Shown here: piece by piece, positions 50,294-64,000 of the stretch
Layout of the letters: each line of letters opens with the position of its first letter
Numbering within the stretch: the stretch's first letter is position 1
Assembly (NCBI GenBank): GCA_045837725.1
Contig: JBEWZL010000272.1
Location: 1-64,000, forward strand
Origin: Vermamoeba vermiformis
Lineage: Eukaryota
DNA: 64,000 bases
Direction: 5' to 3'
The notes under the pieces: model-generated
Databases searched by the model: none
Seen by the model: only the letters and a program-made list of their open reading frames with translations
Told to the model about the DNA's origin: nothing
Made by a program: the position numbers and the translations under genes

Positions 50294-53200
50294 TTAGAAA
50301 TCGCCGCGCAATCTGGCAGTCAGATAATGTCGAGCCACATCCATCGCTTCAGGACTGGTCAAAGCTTTCTCAGCGTTCTTCTTCAAGAATTCAAAGCTGC
50401 TGTGCAAGACGTGTACGAGACTATTCTCCACAGCGATGTTGTATATCTCGCTAACGGTCTCCAAGGTCAATCTACGAGTCAGATCCAGCTCGAGGAAATC
50501 GCTGAACGAATCCGAGAAAAACACTTCGGCGACTTCGATTAATTTGGGAATGTCTTTAGTGCTCCTATTAGAGATATCCAAAGCTTTGCCAATATGCAAG
50601 AACTCCAAGAACAAGAAGGTCAAATCGTAGTTGAAGTTTTGAATGGGAATGGAGCTCTGCGTCGCCTCTTTCATATTGCTGCCGAACATGGCGCTGAAAT
50701 AGTCGCAGTGTTGATCCACCAGCTCTGTTCATGCACCGAATGAGACATACGAACTTGGCATCGCTAACAACACTTACCTCGCGTCGCATAAATTTCTTTG
50801 CCGTCCACAACAAACGTCACGTTCTGGCGAGATAGGTCAACGAGTGACACGTGTCAAAAGCAGCTCGAGGGTACTTACAGATTGATCTTTGTTGTTGAAC
50901 TTAGCCTTGTTCTCCGGTGCTTCAAACACGTCGAGCTGTGTGATGTCGGCAGCTACAATTAGCGGTGAGGAACAATTAATTGACGTTAATGTCAGTGCTG
51001 TCAACGTACGAGGCAGTATGCGGTCAATGAGAGTCAACAGCGAGGCATTGGTCGAGGGCACTACGACAGTGAGATCAGTGGCTTCGTGCTCGAGCAGTAC
51101 CAGGACGGTTTCATCTTTCATCTTCTCCGAGTGCATGGTTTGCAGTGCTACGAGCAGAGCAGTTTGATTGGCTGGTGTGCGGAGATTGGCGTCGGCGTGG
51201 TGCTCGAGCAACAGCTTCACGCACTTGTCGTTGCCTTTGACCGCGGCATAGTGCAAGGGCCTGATCGTAAAGTGAGCACAGTGAACTCGCAGATGTGATG
51301 GATACTTACGCGTAACCCTTCTTGTTGAGGATGTTCGGATCTGCACCTCCGCGCAACAGTGCGGCCATGCAGTGGTCAGCATTGCTACACGCAGCCCAAT
51401 GGAGCGGCGAGTGACCGAAGCAATCAGGCTCGTTGATAGCTGTGCGCAGTACGTCGTTTGACAGCAACAGTTCCATGACACCTGTCAAAAGTGTCAGACT
51501 GAGACTCACGATGTATTTCAGTCGCACTTACCAACAGCATTGAAGTCACTTGCCAAGTGCAGCGGAGTCACAATTTTATCCTTATCTAGGTGTGCAATGT
51601 CAATCACGTGATGTCATGATAGTCGTATCTCTCATAGCGTACCTGGCTCTTCCTCTTTTTCTGTTTTGGCAGCAAACAACTCGATTTCAATCTCCACAGC
51701 GTTGTTGTTAATGACTTTCTGCGACGGATGCAAAAACTTGGTGTAGCCCAGCCAGTTGTCAGCGTTGTATGTCAACGTCGTGTCTGTCAAAGTGTCAAAG
51801 TGTCAGTCACAGTCGCACTAGGCAAAACGGATTTCCATTTGCTGTCTTACATCTGCTGACTGAGATCGATCGATCGGCTGGATTGTAGGCCTTGATAAAG
51901 GCTTCAGCAGTGACGGGTGTGACGGCAGTGCAGCCAATGTAGAGCGAGACCGAGTGGTCGTAGAGGTAGTACATCATGACCTGCCACTGCGAGCCCATGA
52001 ACAATTGGCCCTTTGACACGAACGGTGCTTCGTGCGTGCAGTTCTCAGGCAAGACCACGTGACACTTCAACGTCGTGCGTTGACCGTCCACGATGACGCT
52101 AATCTCGTCTGATTCGAGGACGTGGCCGGGGACTTTGGTCAACACTACGCGATCGAGAACTGTCTTGGCGCAGATGGGCGAGGCCAGTGTGCGCATCAAT
52201 ATGCTAAATTTGGAATTTGTTAAAATCGTTGATTTGTGTCGTAAATTTTTGCAAAGCTTACTGATCATTTTCGATTTCCATTGGAGCGCCCTATCGTCAT
52301 GAAATATTATTAATTTATCGTTACTATTATCGCTTATATGTTATATACGTACGTGATCTAACAGCACTTCAAGGCACTTGTTGTATTTGTTTTTCAACGT
52401 GGTAAATGTAACTCGGCCCAATGCTTTTGGATCGGTCGGCAAACCCAATTTTTGTCTGTTTTGCAACAAAAAGTCTAAGCAGTCATAGTAACCTAATCGC
52501 GCTGCTTCTAAAATAGGATTGTCTTGATGTTCCGCGGGAATTCGTCCGAGTTCAACTAATTTCTGCAAAGCTAAGAACTTTCCCGTGCACGCTTCACTGA
52601 ACAGTGAAATCGACCAGGCGCGCACATCGGTGTCAGCTCCGAACTCGTTCACTAACATTTCGATCACTGCGGGGTTGTCTGCACCGACTGCGTAGAAAAT
52701 GGGTGTTTTTTCTTCGTCCTCTTCTTCGTCTGTCGAAAAATCAGGGCGTTACACCAAGAAAAATTGTTGCAATGTTATAATAGGCAATATGATTTGATAG
52801 GGCATTTTGACCTTGGATCTCGAATGTAAATATTTCACGTACCAGCGTAAGTGACAAAATTATCTTTGAGCACTTTCAGCGCATTCATGTCGCCACCAAG
52901 CACAGCAAAGTGCAGCGAATTTTCGTGTGATTTGCTGTGTTGTGTCAACAGCGCCTTGCACTCGTGATAAAGGTAGTGGAAACAACGGTCGGATCCTGCG
53001 CGCAGTGCGAATTGAATGGGCGTCATATCGTGATCGGAGAGAGCTTCAATATCACCGCCCTGATCATATCATAGTATTAGCGTTAGTATTACTTTTTATG
53101 GTATGGTAATTCAGTGAACTGACCTTTTGCACGAGTAATTTTAGCGAATTTATCGCGTCGAAGTGTGCAGCTTGGTGAAGCATTTTGCCTGTTGAAAAAT

Positions 53201-54556
53201 AAATTCTTTAAGTTTCCTTATTTGGAAAATAACGAGACTGGCGGCCCTACCAGTGATCTTAGCTCCAGCGTCCAATAACAGCGCTACAATCTCGTGCGCA
53301 TCTCGCACAATGGCCGCGGTCAGCAAGTGCGTGCCGTGATCGGTCACCGTGGACAATTCATCTTTGTTCATTGTGGACAGCAGCGTGCGGACATTGTCCA
53401 CTTGATTCTTTTCAATTGCCCAATAGCTAAACAACTGTTAATAAAATTGATAAAAATAATGCGATTGTGTTTGGCCGTACATTAGAGGTCGATCCAACTC
53501 GCTTTGCAGCCAATAGTTCTTGACGTAGTAATCGACATCGACATCTATCTCGAGGCCTTTGTAATCACCGGGTGGGGCATATCTAATTAAATATTAGTAT
53601 CGGAGTTTTCAATCGCTGAACAGGATCTCGCTCGTACTTGAAAGGAGTGGCGCCAAAATTGACAGTAGCGGACTGCAACCAATCGCAGCTGATTGAAGGT
53701 GAAACACCCTTCACTGGATCAATAGTGGTCGTGAATATAATGCCCAAATCAACACCATTTTGCGTGTAGCCAACGCGCGTTTGATTCAGATCCGTTAAGT
53801 CGATGTAACAGCCAATAACGTCTCCAACGTGCCATCTATATAAAACATACGTGAGATATTGCTAAGGGGTTTAATAAACTCGCTAAGACGATAGGGATGT
53901 CTCGAGAAAACAAATCTGGTCCTTAAACTTGTCAGATCTTACCCCGTGCCGTAATTCAGACAAAAATCGTTCCAAGCCAAACACCTCTTGCCATCATAGC
54001 CGTATGATTCCTTATCGTCGCCTGTGCCACTACCGTTCTGTTACGAGACGAGACGATTAGCCCACAAACAGGGAATTCCGCATCTGATGGCTCTAGCAGT
54101 CCTACTTACGTACTTTTTTACCAACGAATTTAAAGTGCTGCGACCAGCCTATTTGAAACAAATGTTCTGTAATCAGCGTGACCTCGTAGTACCATTTTCC
54201 ACTGCAATTTTAATTTGAAATTAGTTATCTTGAAAATTAATGAATGATCATTTAAATATAAAGCAACAAAATATATTGTTGGAGGTATTTTATTAATTTT
54301 GTTCTTACCCTCGCAGTGTGACATTTGCGCCAATAGATTTGAAATAATGCGTTGCATTAAAGAACTAGATGAACATATCGTCATTAAGTATTATTTTAAT
54401 AATTATGCACATTTTATTTACCGTTAAATCATCGCCAAACAGCACCAAGTCGGGATCTTGAAGGTCTCTGCTTAACCGAACGTGGCGTGGTCCCTCTCGT
54501 TCTTTAATAGCCTTAACATCCACACTTTCTCGTAGACTGTGCGAAGGAGATTCCAT
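50294..54556 (-). CDS. SPRY, ankyrin repeats, MATH, ankyrin and BTB/BACK protein
   Basis: GTGDDKESYGYDG..WHVGDVIGCYIDL (SPRY); TPIQFA, SPLHWAA, PLHYAA (ANK); QWQVMMY..VSLYIGC..WLGYTKF (MATH); CDYFSAMFGSNMKE (BTB). Confidence 0.8.
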
Positions 54557-54643
54557 AGTGCTACTATTCTGGTCCTATTCTGAGATCAGAAAGAAAGGTG
54601 CGAAAAAAAGTGAAATTTTTTCTTTTTACGATTTGAATTAGAA

Positions 54644-56075
54644 ATGAGTCGAGGTGACATCAACAAGGACGTTATTTATAACAGAAAGCGAACGTTTAAC
54701 GAAGGTCCAGAGGTCCCTAATGTGTACGTATCGCCAAAGCGAATAAAGTTGGGTCCATCCCCTACAAAGAATATAGCCGTGCCTTTTGCGACCGAAGATG
54801 CAGACCTTATTGCAGGTACATATATTTTACACTCGAATTACTCTTTGATAGTATAATTAGCGACAGATCTGACGAAATAATTACTCAAAAATTAGTAAAT
54901 AATTTTTCTCACGCAACAAATTTTAATAATTGCGTTGTATTTATTTTATTAAGCAATGTGGAAAATATTGACATACCTCACGCATTTTTTTGATAGCGCT
55001 ACCTAGCGATACCGAAACAGCCGTGCAAATTTTATACAGGGACTTCCCTCGCGACCCAAAAATTAAAACACCGCCAATAATATTACGTTCGCAAATATAC
55101 TCAATGATTAAAGAAAAGACAATGGCCGATAAGGAATTAGTGAGTACAAAAACGAATAATTTTTTGGTGGATCTGATCTGTTGACAGCTAACAATCAATT
55201 TCAATAGAGTACGTTGCAAAGCCAAGGAAAAATACGATTATTTCAAATACCGTCGACAGTAAATGAATATTATGCTGTGATGATGAGCGACTACGAGAAT
55301 TTAATTAATCATGCGAAAACTGAAGTTGAAACTGAAAAAGAGAAGAAATTAATAGGCAAGACTTATTATACGACGAAAAGTATTGCTATTTGTTATTAAC
55401 TTATGTCATTAGATGATTTTTATAACAAAGTAGTGAAGAAGCATTTAGACGTGCTGATAACAAAAGACAAAATGATCGAATTGATGCTCGATTTTGTGCC
55501 TGGGAACAATCCCACAAAAATATCTCCGACGAAACAAGAGAAACAGAAATTAGACTTTAGGTACGGCATAACGATAACGCTCTTTACTTCTGATCCAAAC
55601 TAACTCGTTCGTGTTAGTTTGCTAATTACGCTAGGGTTTATAAATTATCGTGATTCAAATACTTATTGGTTCGCTACACCCAATTTTGGAAGTTTTTGGA
55701 TCGAGTGCTCGAAGGGAAGAAAAGAAATCATTCTAACCATCAAACGATTGCAGTTTAAAGAGATATTACTCGAAGTATGTCTTATAGTACATTTCTTAGA
55801 TTATTTTGTCTAATTTTCACTATTAAAAATACAGACGCTGGAAAAACGGAAATTGAAAAAGTCGGTGTTAGGCATTCCATTTCATTTAAGTGACATGACA
55901 GGCCTTGAAATCATTCAAAAGTAAGTGTGTCGTAATAAGTATAGCTTGGTAGTAACACTTAACTATCAGGGTTGCAACGACATCCGGGCCGTTGATTAAA
56001 TTTGCACCAACTTTCAACCCAAATGAAAAGAAAATTAATCCGCGAACAAATTCTACGACGTCATCGTATGTGTAA
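54644..56075 (+). CDS. STK19: STK19-like winged-helix protein
   Basis: PPIILRSQIYS, GKIRLF, YWFATPNFG..KGRKEI, LGIPFHLSDMTG, TTSGPLI. Confidence 0.8.
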
Positions 56076-56374
56076 TTAGTGTACAGAATTACTTGTAAAT
56101 AGAAGCGAAGACAAAAGAAGGATCCAAATTTTATTAACAAAATCGTGATTTTTGCAATTCCGAGGACTTGCAAGAACTCGAGCTCGATTCTGCGTTATTG
56201 CATATGCCGATCTGTTGCGTGTTGCTGGTTTGACGGAATACGTAACACGAAAAAACTAAGGTCATACTAAGTCTTGTCAAAAAGGAGGGAATTTAAATCG
56301 TTGTTGTAAAGGGATGGTGCTCGCCGGCGAGGGATAAACGAGGAGGCTCGCGAGGGCAAGAGGCAAAAAGCAAT

Positions 56375-56447
56375 CGCTCCCACCTGGGTTCGAACCAGGG
56401 ACCTTTCGGTTAACAGCCGAACGCTCTGCCGACTGAGCTATGGAAGC
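56375..56447 (-). tRNA. tRNA-Asn (GTT)
   Basis: GCTTCCATAGCTCAGTCGGCAGAGCGTTCGGCTGTTAACCGAAAGGTCCCTGGTTCGAACCCAGGTGGGAGCG forms a cloverleaf; followed by a T-run. Confidence 0.97.
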
Positions 56448-56913
56448 TTGTTGAAGGGACAAATCAAAGACAAAGCCACGCGGTCAAAAAGGACCAGAGG
56501 GCAGGAAGTCGATACCAATAAATTAAGGATTGCCACTGTTTATAACAAGCGGCGTCGTTGAAACTTTTTCCCCTCTGTATTCCTGGTGTACGCAAGTCAT
56601 CGTCTGAACCATTCGCGGATTCGTAGTCGTTACTGCTTGCTGGAATGCACGCCCCTTCAGTGCACAACGTTGGGCATAATATTGTCTAATTTTGCAAGTA
56701 TAAAGAAATCCAATCGGTGGTGCTATCAAATAATCAGGATCGAACGCGCAAACAAGCTAATCGGCAATTAGATTAATGATGGCCAATTCGGCGAAATTAC
56801 GCTAGTATTTCTTTAGGCAAGTCCATAATTAATTCATTGGCTGTTGTTGGGTTCTGAAAGTTTGTTAGAAACAAAATTAATCTCGATTTCAACGCAACGG
56901 TCAACACAAATGA

Positions 56914-58541
56914 ATGGAGCAAAATACTGATTACCCTCGCAGTTGCTATGATGCCAAAACAATTATTATCGAACCATTTTATGGCGGCTCTCACAAACAA
57001 ATGATCCAACAACTGACGACTTTGTGGTTTGACGAAACACAATACGCTTTATTTACTACACCCGCTAAAAAATGGAAATGGTAACTATTACTTGTAATAT
57101 TTGGCTTAATATTTATTTTTTGAATTTTTGGACGTCAAGTTGTTGCGGATTCTAACCTCTTTTGGAGAATCAAGCTTTGGACATCGTAAATATAATTTTA
57201 ATTAATTGCATTAAGGAGATTACGAGCCAGTTCACTGCATTTCGCATCAACAATTCCTCAGTCAACGAGTTTCACAACTTTATTCTGCAGTTCAATGCTC
57301 AATTTGGCTGAATTAGTTGGTAACTTCGTATATTAGTGTTATTACTTATTCTTAATATTTTTTTCAGCGGTGCGACCAGATCTAGCTCGACTACGCAAAG
57401 TTTTGTACTTTCACGAAAATCAAATGAACTATCCAGTGCGCCATGAACAAGAACGTGACATTCAATTCGCGTGGAATCAAATAGTACGTTTAAATATTCC
57501 CAGCAGCAGTGTCCGATGTGCTGACACTCCACGTAGCTCTCGTGCATGGCCGCGGATGTCGTACTCTTCAACTCGCAATACAACATGACTTCATTTTTAC
57601 ATTCAATGGACTCCTTATTCAAACTCATGCCGAAGGACCAATGCCCACCAATCAACAACTTGCGTTCGCTCATTGGCTCCAAATCACACGTGCTTTATTT
57701 TCCTATTGATTTCAGCATCATGCGCGATAGCCTCCAGCGGGTAAATAATACTGCGTTACATTTTATAGCCCCCAAGATAAAACTGATAATCTCCTTATTT
57801 AAATAGACTAAAATAACATCAGAACTGAAAACAGGTCCGATGCACGTATTGTGGAATCATCGCTGGGAGTGGTAATGGCTGCAACCATTAATTAGGTATC
57901 AATAGTCTATATATTAATGTGTTTTATAATAGGGACAAGCGGCCAGATATTTTTTTCGAGGCGCTAATGTCACTCGTACAAGACAAAGTACCCTTCGTCG
58001 TGTCAGTCCTCGGCGAGCAATTCGGTGAAGTGCCTGAGGAGTTCGCAAAGTACAAAGACCTGTTGACAGATCATATCAAACACTGGGGCTACGCTGAGTC
58101 ACGTGACGAGTATTTCAGAGTCTTAGGTACGAAATTTTTGTCGCCACATCGTACTTTACCCGCAGATTTCTAATTCAAGTGTTGCTTAGGCTCAGCGGAC
58201 GTCGTAGTATCCACTACTGATCATGAGTTTTTTGGCGTGTCGATAATCGAAGCGATTTACAGCGGGTGTTATCCGATCTGTCCTAACAAACTCGTATTTC
58301 CGGAGTATTTAGGCGAAGAACACTTGTATAATACAGTGCCACAAGTAAGTGACCTCTATTCTGTTTCATATGAGATAACGAGAATTGACGGTTGTTACAG
58401 TTAGTCAAGAAATTGAGGTACTACGGAAAAAATATTGAGAAGAGCCGTCAGAAGACAGTGTGGAAGAGTCAAATCAATTTGGAGCGATTTGATTGGTCCA
58501 ATCTCAAATTAGAATTCGATAAATACCTCAATTGTAAATAG
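56914..58541 (+). CDS. GTDC1: GT4 glycosyltransferase, DUF3524/GTDC1 (queuosine-tRNA mannosyltransferase-like)
   Basis: IEPFYGGSHKQ, YFHENQMNYP, ADVVLFNS, WNHRWE|WDK.P, HEFFGVSIIEA. Confidence 0.88.
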
Positions 58542-58717
58542 ATCAATTCGTTCTGTTCGTTCAATTTGCGCTGTGATGAGTAATGATATCGAATAGAGTC
58601 AATCGGATATTGGAACTTTTGAATTAAATTAAGTAATTTTTGGCGGTGAACGCGTGTGCGTTGTCCGATCGACATTTTTTTTGTCGTGCATTTGCAACAA
58701 CACGAAAGCACTTAATA

Positions 58718-60934
58718 ATGGCAAGCAAGAAGGAAGAAAAGGTTGAAGAGAAGCCTTTGTTGGGTCGTGTCAGCCACCACCTCAAGATGGGTATTGTCGG
58801 ATTGCCCAACGTCGGTAAATCCACCACCTTCAACTTGCTCACCAAGCTTGAAGTACCTGCTGAAAACTATCCTTTCTGCACTAAGGACCCCAACAAAGAT
58901 AAGTAGTCTTGATAACGAAATATTTTTTCATTATTTTTATTTTGGTAATATTTGTGGTTAATTTAACCGATAACTAATAACATTAAATTACTGTATTTTA
59001 CGATAATTATTGCCATACGAAAAACATTTTCTCGAGAATGGCACCAGAAAAAATACATCCAGTCAGATCGTCCCTTTGTAATACGAATAATTGAAGCTAT
59101 AGAATAGAAATATTATCATGTAGTCATATTCAACCGGTAGTTAATTCTTGTCTTTTTCTCGGATTACCTCGTGTAACTATGCCCGATGAGAGATTCGACT
59201 TCCTTTGCAATGCTTTCAAGCCTGTCAGCAAGGTGCCTGCTTACTTAGAGGTACGTTGTATTATAAAAAGATGCCAACATACGAATATTAAATGCGCTCA
59301 CGTAGGTTGTCGATATTGCCGGTTTGGTCAAGGGTGCATCCCAAGGTCTTGGTATGGGTAACGCTTTCTTGTCCAACATTCGTGCCGTCGACGGTATCTT
59401 CCACGTCGTCCGTAAGTACTTGAGCGAATTCTATTGTGTCTTGAAAGCTTAAATCGCGAAATGTGCATCCGCTAAATTTCTCTAACTCAATGCACATCGC
59501 TATTTAATCAATTATCGAGGAATATATTGCATTATACTAACCCTTCCATGCATAGGTGTTTTCGAAGACGAGGCTGTTATGCACGTTGAGAACTCAGTCG
59601 ATCCCGTTCGTGATCTCGAAATTATTAGCGACGAGTTGTTGCAAAAGGACATTGAAATTATGACCTCACACATTGAACCTATTCGCCGTGTCGCCAAGGC
59701 CGATAAGACCAAGCGCGGTGAATTGGACATTGCTGAGAAGATCTTCAACTGGTTGAGCGTCGAGAAGAAGGAAATTCGTCTCGGTAACTGGAACGCTAAA
59801 GAAGTAAGTTACGAACATTAGTAGCGAGTGCAAATGGGCACGGCAACCTTTGAGTGACGTAGGAACTAACACGAGTATTAGATTGAGTATTTGAACACAC
59901 TCCAATTGTTGACTGCCAAGCCTGTTATCTACTTGTTGAATATGAGCGAAGAAGACTTTGCTCGCCAAAAGAACAAATTTTTGGTCAAGATCAAGGCTTG
60001 GATCGAAGCCCGCAGCAAGGACCCGATCATTCCTTACTCTGCCGCCCTCGAACTTACTGTAAGAACAAACATATGACATATATATATTATTTCAATCATA
60101 TAACGCTGCTGAGGCAATATTAATAACGGATCTACTCCAACTAGTTGTTCAAGATGAGCCCCGAAGACCAAATCAAGTACTGCAATGACAACAAGGTGCG
60201 AAGCATGTTGCCCAAGATCATCACTACTGGTTACAACATGTTGCACTTGATCACTTTCTTCACTTGCGGTGCTGATGAAGTTAAGGCTTGGACCGTGCAC
60301 GTAAGTACTGACCGACCTTCCTTCACCATATTCTATATTCAAGCATTGCCGCTATATTGTCAATATAATATACCCAACACCTTCTTTAATACAATGCCGT
60401 ATGAGCATATTACGTATATTATCATCACCGGAAATATCGCTTGAAACCAGCGGCCAAAAGGCAATGTTGACTTTCGTAGCAAGTTTCCGAATATCTTTTC
60501 ATCTTATTTACCGAGTCGAGTCAGCCCTATATATCAATGCCATTCGGTATTAACCTTCTTTTTCCTCTTACAGAAAGGTGCCAAGGCCCCTCAAGCCGCC
60601 GGTACTATTCACAGCGACTTTGAAAAGTTCTTCATTCAAGCTGAAATTCAAGCATACGCTGACTTTAAAGAATTGGGTTCTGAAGCCGCTGTTAGGTATG
60701 TAAAATACGAGCGAATATTAAGACTTTCCTTTTTGTGAAAACTCGTTCGGTTCTCATTTATTAACGTTTGCTCGTAGAAACGCTGGTAAATTGAAGACCG
60801 CTGGTAAAGAACACATTGTACAAGACGGTGATATTATTTTCTTCAAGGTAAGCTAGATCGGTTATCGAATCTGAACTTTCGCTGATTTTGTTTTTATTTA
60901 GCACGCTGCTGGTGGTGCAAGCAAAAAGAAATAA
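58718..60934 (+). CDS. OLA1: Obg-like ATPase 1 (YchF family)
   Basis: [69 protein letters not shown]. Confidence 0.96.
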
Positions 60935-61474
60935 AATTGCTTCAAGGAGGGTGTATCAACACTTTGCAAACAATTCAATAAAGTTCCGAAACCAGATCCG
61001 CGTTCCACGAGTCGTTGCGGTCGATCGCGACAGGAACTTAGTTAATTACTGATTACAACCCCATACAATTATACCACATTGCTTGATTAATGTGCTAACA
61101 TATTTATGCTCAAAAGGAATCAGCGTTCGCGTTGAATTTGTAGTAGGTAATTCTCTGAACCTGTTCGGAAATTCGCAATTCTGTTCTTGGTGCCAAACCT
61201 TCATTGCCTCTTAATTGTTGTACAAGTAACCTCATTCAAGCTCTCAGGTGGTAAGTAAATACTGGTTCTAATTTTAGAATTTCTTTTCCTTTTACTAGTA
61301 AAAGGAACGAAACAGAAGATTATTCTTTATTCACTATTATTAATAACCATTAAACGACTCTAGAAAGAGCTCGGGGTTGCGTCGTACTTACGAGCGTTCG
61401 ATCTACGCGTTTTTCCGACCTGCATTCCCGCACCATCAAAAAGGAAAAGAATCGACTTAATTGCATTATAGTCA

Positions 61475-64000
61475 ATGGATAATCGTAAGTGGCTAATGAC
61501 CAAGCTCAGTGCTTCGTAAATTATAAAAAAAATTAATTTGTACCGACCCGCAGTATTGGTCTAAAATTGTGTTGTTTTTAATCCATATTACGATTGTAGG
61601 AGTTAAAGTCATTATTATATTTGAATTATTTCCTTTACAAGAATATTATTAACCAGAAAAAATTCGGATTCAGGTTTGAAAAGGGTTTCCAGCAATCCTG
61701 GGCCTTCAAAGGTCATATTTACTAATCCAAACGTAAGTGGTGCTAATAACTATTTTAATATCGACTGTCGCTGAGCTTATAATTTGAACTAGGCAAAACC
61801 ATCAAACGCAATTGCGAATGGCAGCGATAGCATAGCCAATAACAAGATAGGCTCGGCGCCGTTATTGCACAACAAAATAAATTCAGACCAGCTGCTTTCA
61901 GTTCCGAGTCGCAACAAAGTCACCGACAATCCAACTGCTCCAGCAGCCCCGAAGAAAGAAGCCAATAGGCACACGATGGAACTTGATTCGAAGAAACTCA
62001 TCTCTCCGAAACCAAACAATCGGTCGGTATCTACTGGGCCAATCTCTCCACTTGTAAATATTCAACTGCCTCCCGTGGCCCCGCGTAAAGTTGCATCAGT
62101 GTCGCCTCCTGGCTCGGGAGAATTTGCTGCTGCTGCACGCGATGCAAAAGCCAACAATAGTGCACAAGCGTCTGTTCCTCCCCCTACAGCGCCACGTAAA
62201 GTTGGAGTGGCCGTAGAGAGCGGACCACCAAAGGTGTCACCTGTCCCACCTCCAACCGCGCCTAGAAATATACCCAGCACGCCCACAGACCCACGACCGC
62301 TATCAATGTCACCCTCAACAACAAGACACGCTCTCACTGTAGACTCACGCCCAGCATCAACGTCTCCATCACTGCCAAGAAACAAGCCCGCAGCAGTTCC
62401 CCCTCCGACTGCGCCAAGGAATATACAAAGCACTGAACAACGACCAATGTCTCCACCACCAACAAGAAATACACCTAACAACAGGCCCGAAACACCGCCT
62501 CCCGCACCACCTGCCCTAAGAGACTCTACGCCCAAACTTACCGTGCTACTGACCTCGCCTCAAAATTCAAATGACAGCGACAAGTCTCCATTACCCCCGC
62601 GTGAAGGCAATGTACCACCCCCAGTCGCTCCGCGAGTAAATGCTACGCAGATCCAAACAACAACCGAGGAGCTACCTACAGTACCCTCCCGGAACCTACC
62701 CGTCTCGAATAACAGTGCTACGACCAGACCCATGTCACCTGTTCTGGGTCGAAATAATCCTGCGGCTGCAGCGAAAAAATCAAGCAATCCGTCGACCCCA
62801 TCATCTTCGGGAGAGTTTGTCATTCCTAAATCCAACAGTGGACCCACGATACCGCGCGTCAATACTCCGCCACCTGTTGCTCCAAGAACCACGGGAGATG
62901 CACCCTTAAATCCAACAACAGTCATCGACCAACCGCCTAAAACTACTGTTCTGCCTCCTGTCGCCCCGAGGAAGGTTGGAGAGCGTGTCGCTACAACCGA
63001 AGAAACGGACCAGCCAACAAAGATTGGTTCAAATCCCAATTTGGTACAGCCTGCCGTTCCAAAGAAAAGTTCAGAAGCGGGCACTGAGTCTGTTGCAGCA
63101 CATAGTCACGGTGTATTAGCTAGCAGCATGCCAACTCGAAGTCAGCCGCACACTGAACTTCGATCATCCACTCCAATTACAACACCGGACAATAAGAAAG
63201 TACCTTTATCTGCTCCCTCGAAGCTTTCATCGAGTCCCGTTGTCGTTGTTCAGACTTCCCAGCCGAAAGGTCCCCCACCAGCACCACCAAAAGTACGAGC
63301 TGAACCTGAGAACGTTGGTGCGGTACCAAAGGAACCACCTCCAGCAACAAAGGAAAGCACGGAGACAACGGACAAGGAGGATGGCACTAAGCTGACCGGT
63401 CCCAGACCCAAATCCGCACCTATAAAAGTTCCAGTTATTCAGGCCAACGTGCAAAGGAAGACAGTGGACGATTCATTGTCTCCACGAAGCGTTATATCAC
63501 CGAGATCTAAATCCCCACCACTCCTCAGCCCAAGATCAATTCAAACAAACCAACAATCTGTACCAGCAATTCTAATCAACGAAGAGCCTAAACCACAGCC
63601 AGCCAGCTTCACGTACTCAAAGCCACTGGTGTCCTTACCACTTGGAGGAACTGACCAAGGAGTAACTCGCTATACTAAGAATGTTCGTCCACCAACTCCA
63701 CCACTCGAAGATGATGCATTAGACCAAGAAGATCAAGGAGTGAGTCATTATTCAAAGAACGCTCAACCGCCGAATCCACCAGAAGATGACACGCAAGACG
63801 TCAAAGATCAAGGAATCACTCGCTATTCGAAGAATGTTAGGCCACCAAGTCCGCGAGGGGACGATGATGGTCCGACAGGCTTAGCTCCTCCGGATACCGA
63901 CACGAAGCGAATATCAGTCGAAGTTGACATCGACCCAATTTCGCTCACACTATCACCAAGAACTCTGCAACAAAAAATACAAGAAGTCGATGAAGGATTC
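61475..64000 (+). CDS. Pro/Ser/Thr-rich protein, partial (runs off the window)
   Basis: Short 5' exons, then an open frame from ~61793 to the end with repeated PP(V/T)APR motifs and three DQG(V/I)xxYxKN repeats. Confidence 0.7.

Noticed and set aside
56277-56729. Short ORFs around the tRNA
   Set aside because: They overlap tRNA-Asn or intergenic DNA and show no protein-like features.
61789-63454. Gly-rich minus-strand ORFs
   Set aside because: Antisense shadows of the Pro-rich plus-strand frame.

Overview
Eukaryotic, intron-rich DNA (GTAAGT...CTAAY...YAG introns), most likely from an amoebozoan-type protist; the host guess rests on a circularly permuted Ras, a Rac GTPase and the intron style. 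The window has two parts. (1) 28.6-64 kb holds ordinary host genes: CPRas, a lipase, SelO, a PA-domain membrane protein, an HTH protein, F-box proteins, a WLM/SprT-like protease, Rac, a SPRY-ANK-MATH-BTB protein, STK19, tRNA-Asn, GTDC1, OLA1 (with an AT-AC intron) and a Pro-rich protein. (2) 1-28.5 kb holds two diverged, tandem, co-oriented copies (A and B) of an unrecognised multi-gene element plus a remnant of a third. I spliced these genes by hand. Both copies carry the same syntenic gene pair: conserved gene X, followed by a >1000-aa protein with the ordered motifs of Rep_trans (pT181 RepC-type) rolling-circle initiators (DxA/GxD ... KAY ... RLE). Copy B also encodes a ParB-like domain (IFAGQHRFEAL) fused to a degenerate JmjC and a zinc finger. 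Upstream of each gene cluster sits a ~50-bp-period array of palindromes. The two arrays share a linker (GGACTTRGTn) but differ in the palindrome sequence. Taken together this looks like a plasmid-style Rep/ParB/parS-iteron module in an intron-containing eukaryotic mobile element. Family assignments come from motif recognition by eye and need HMM or structure confirmation.
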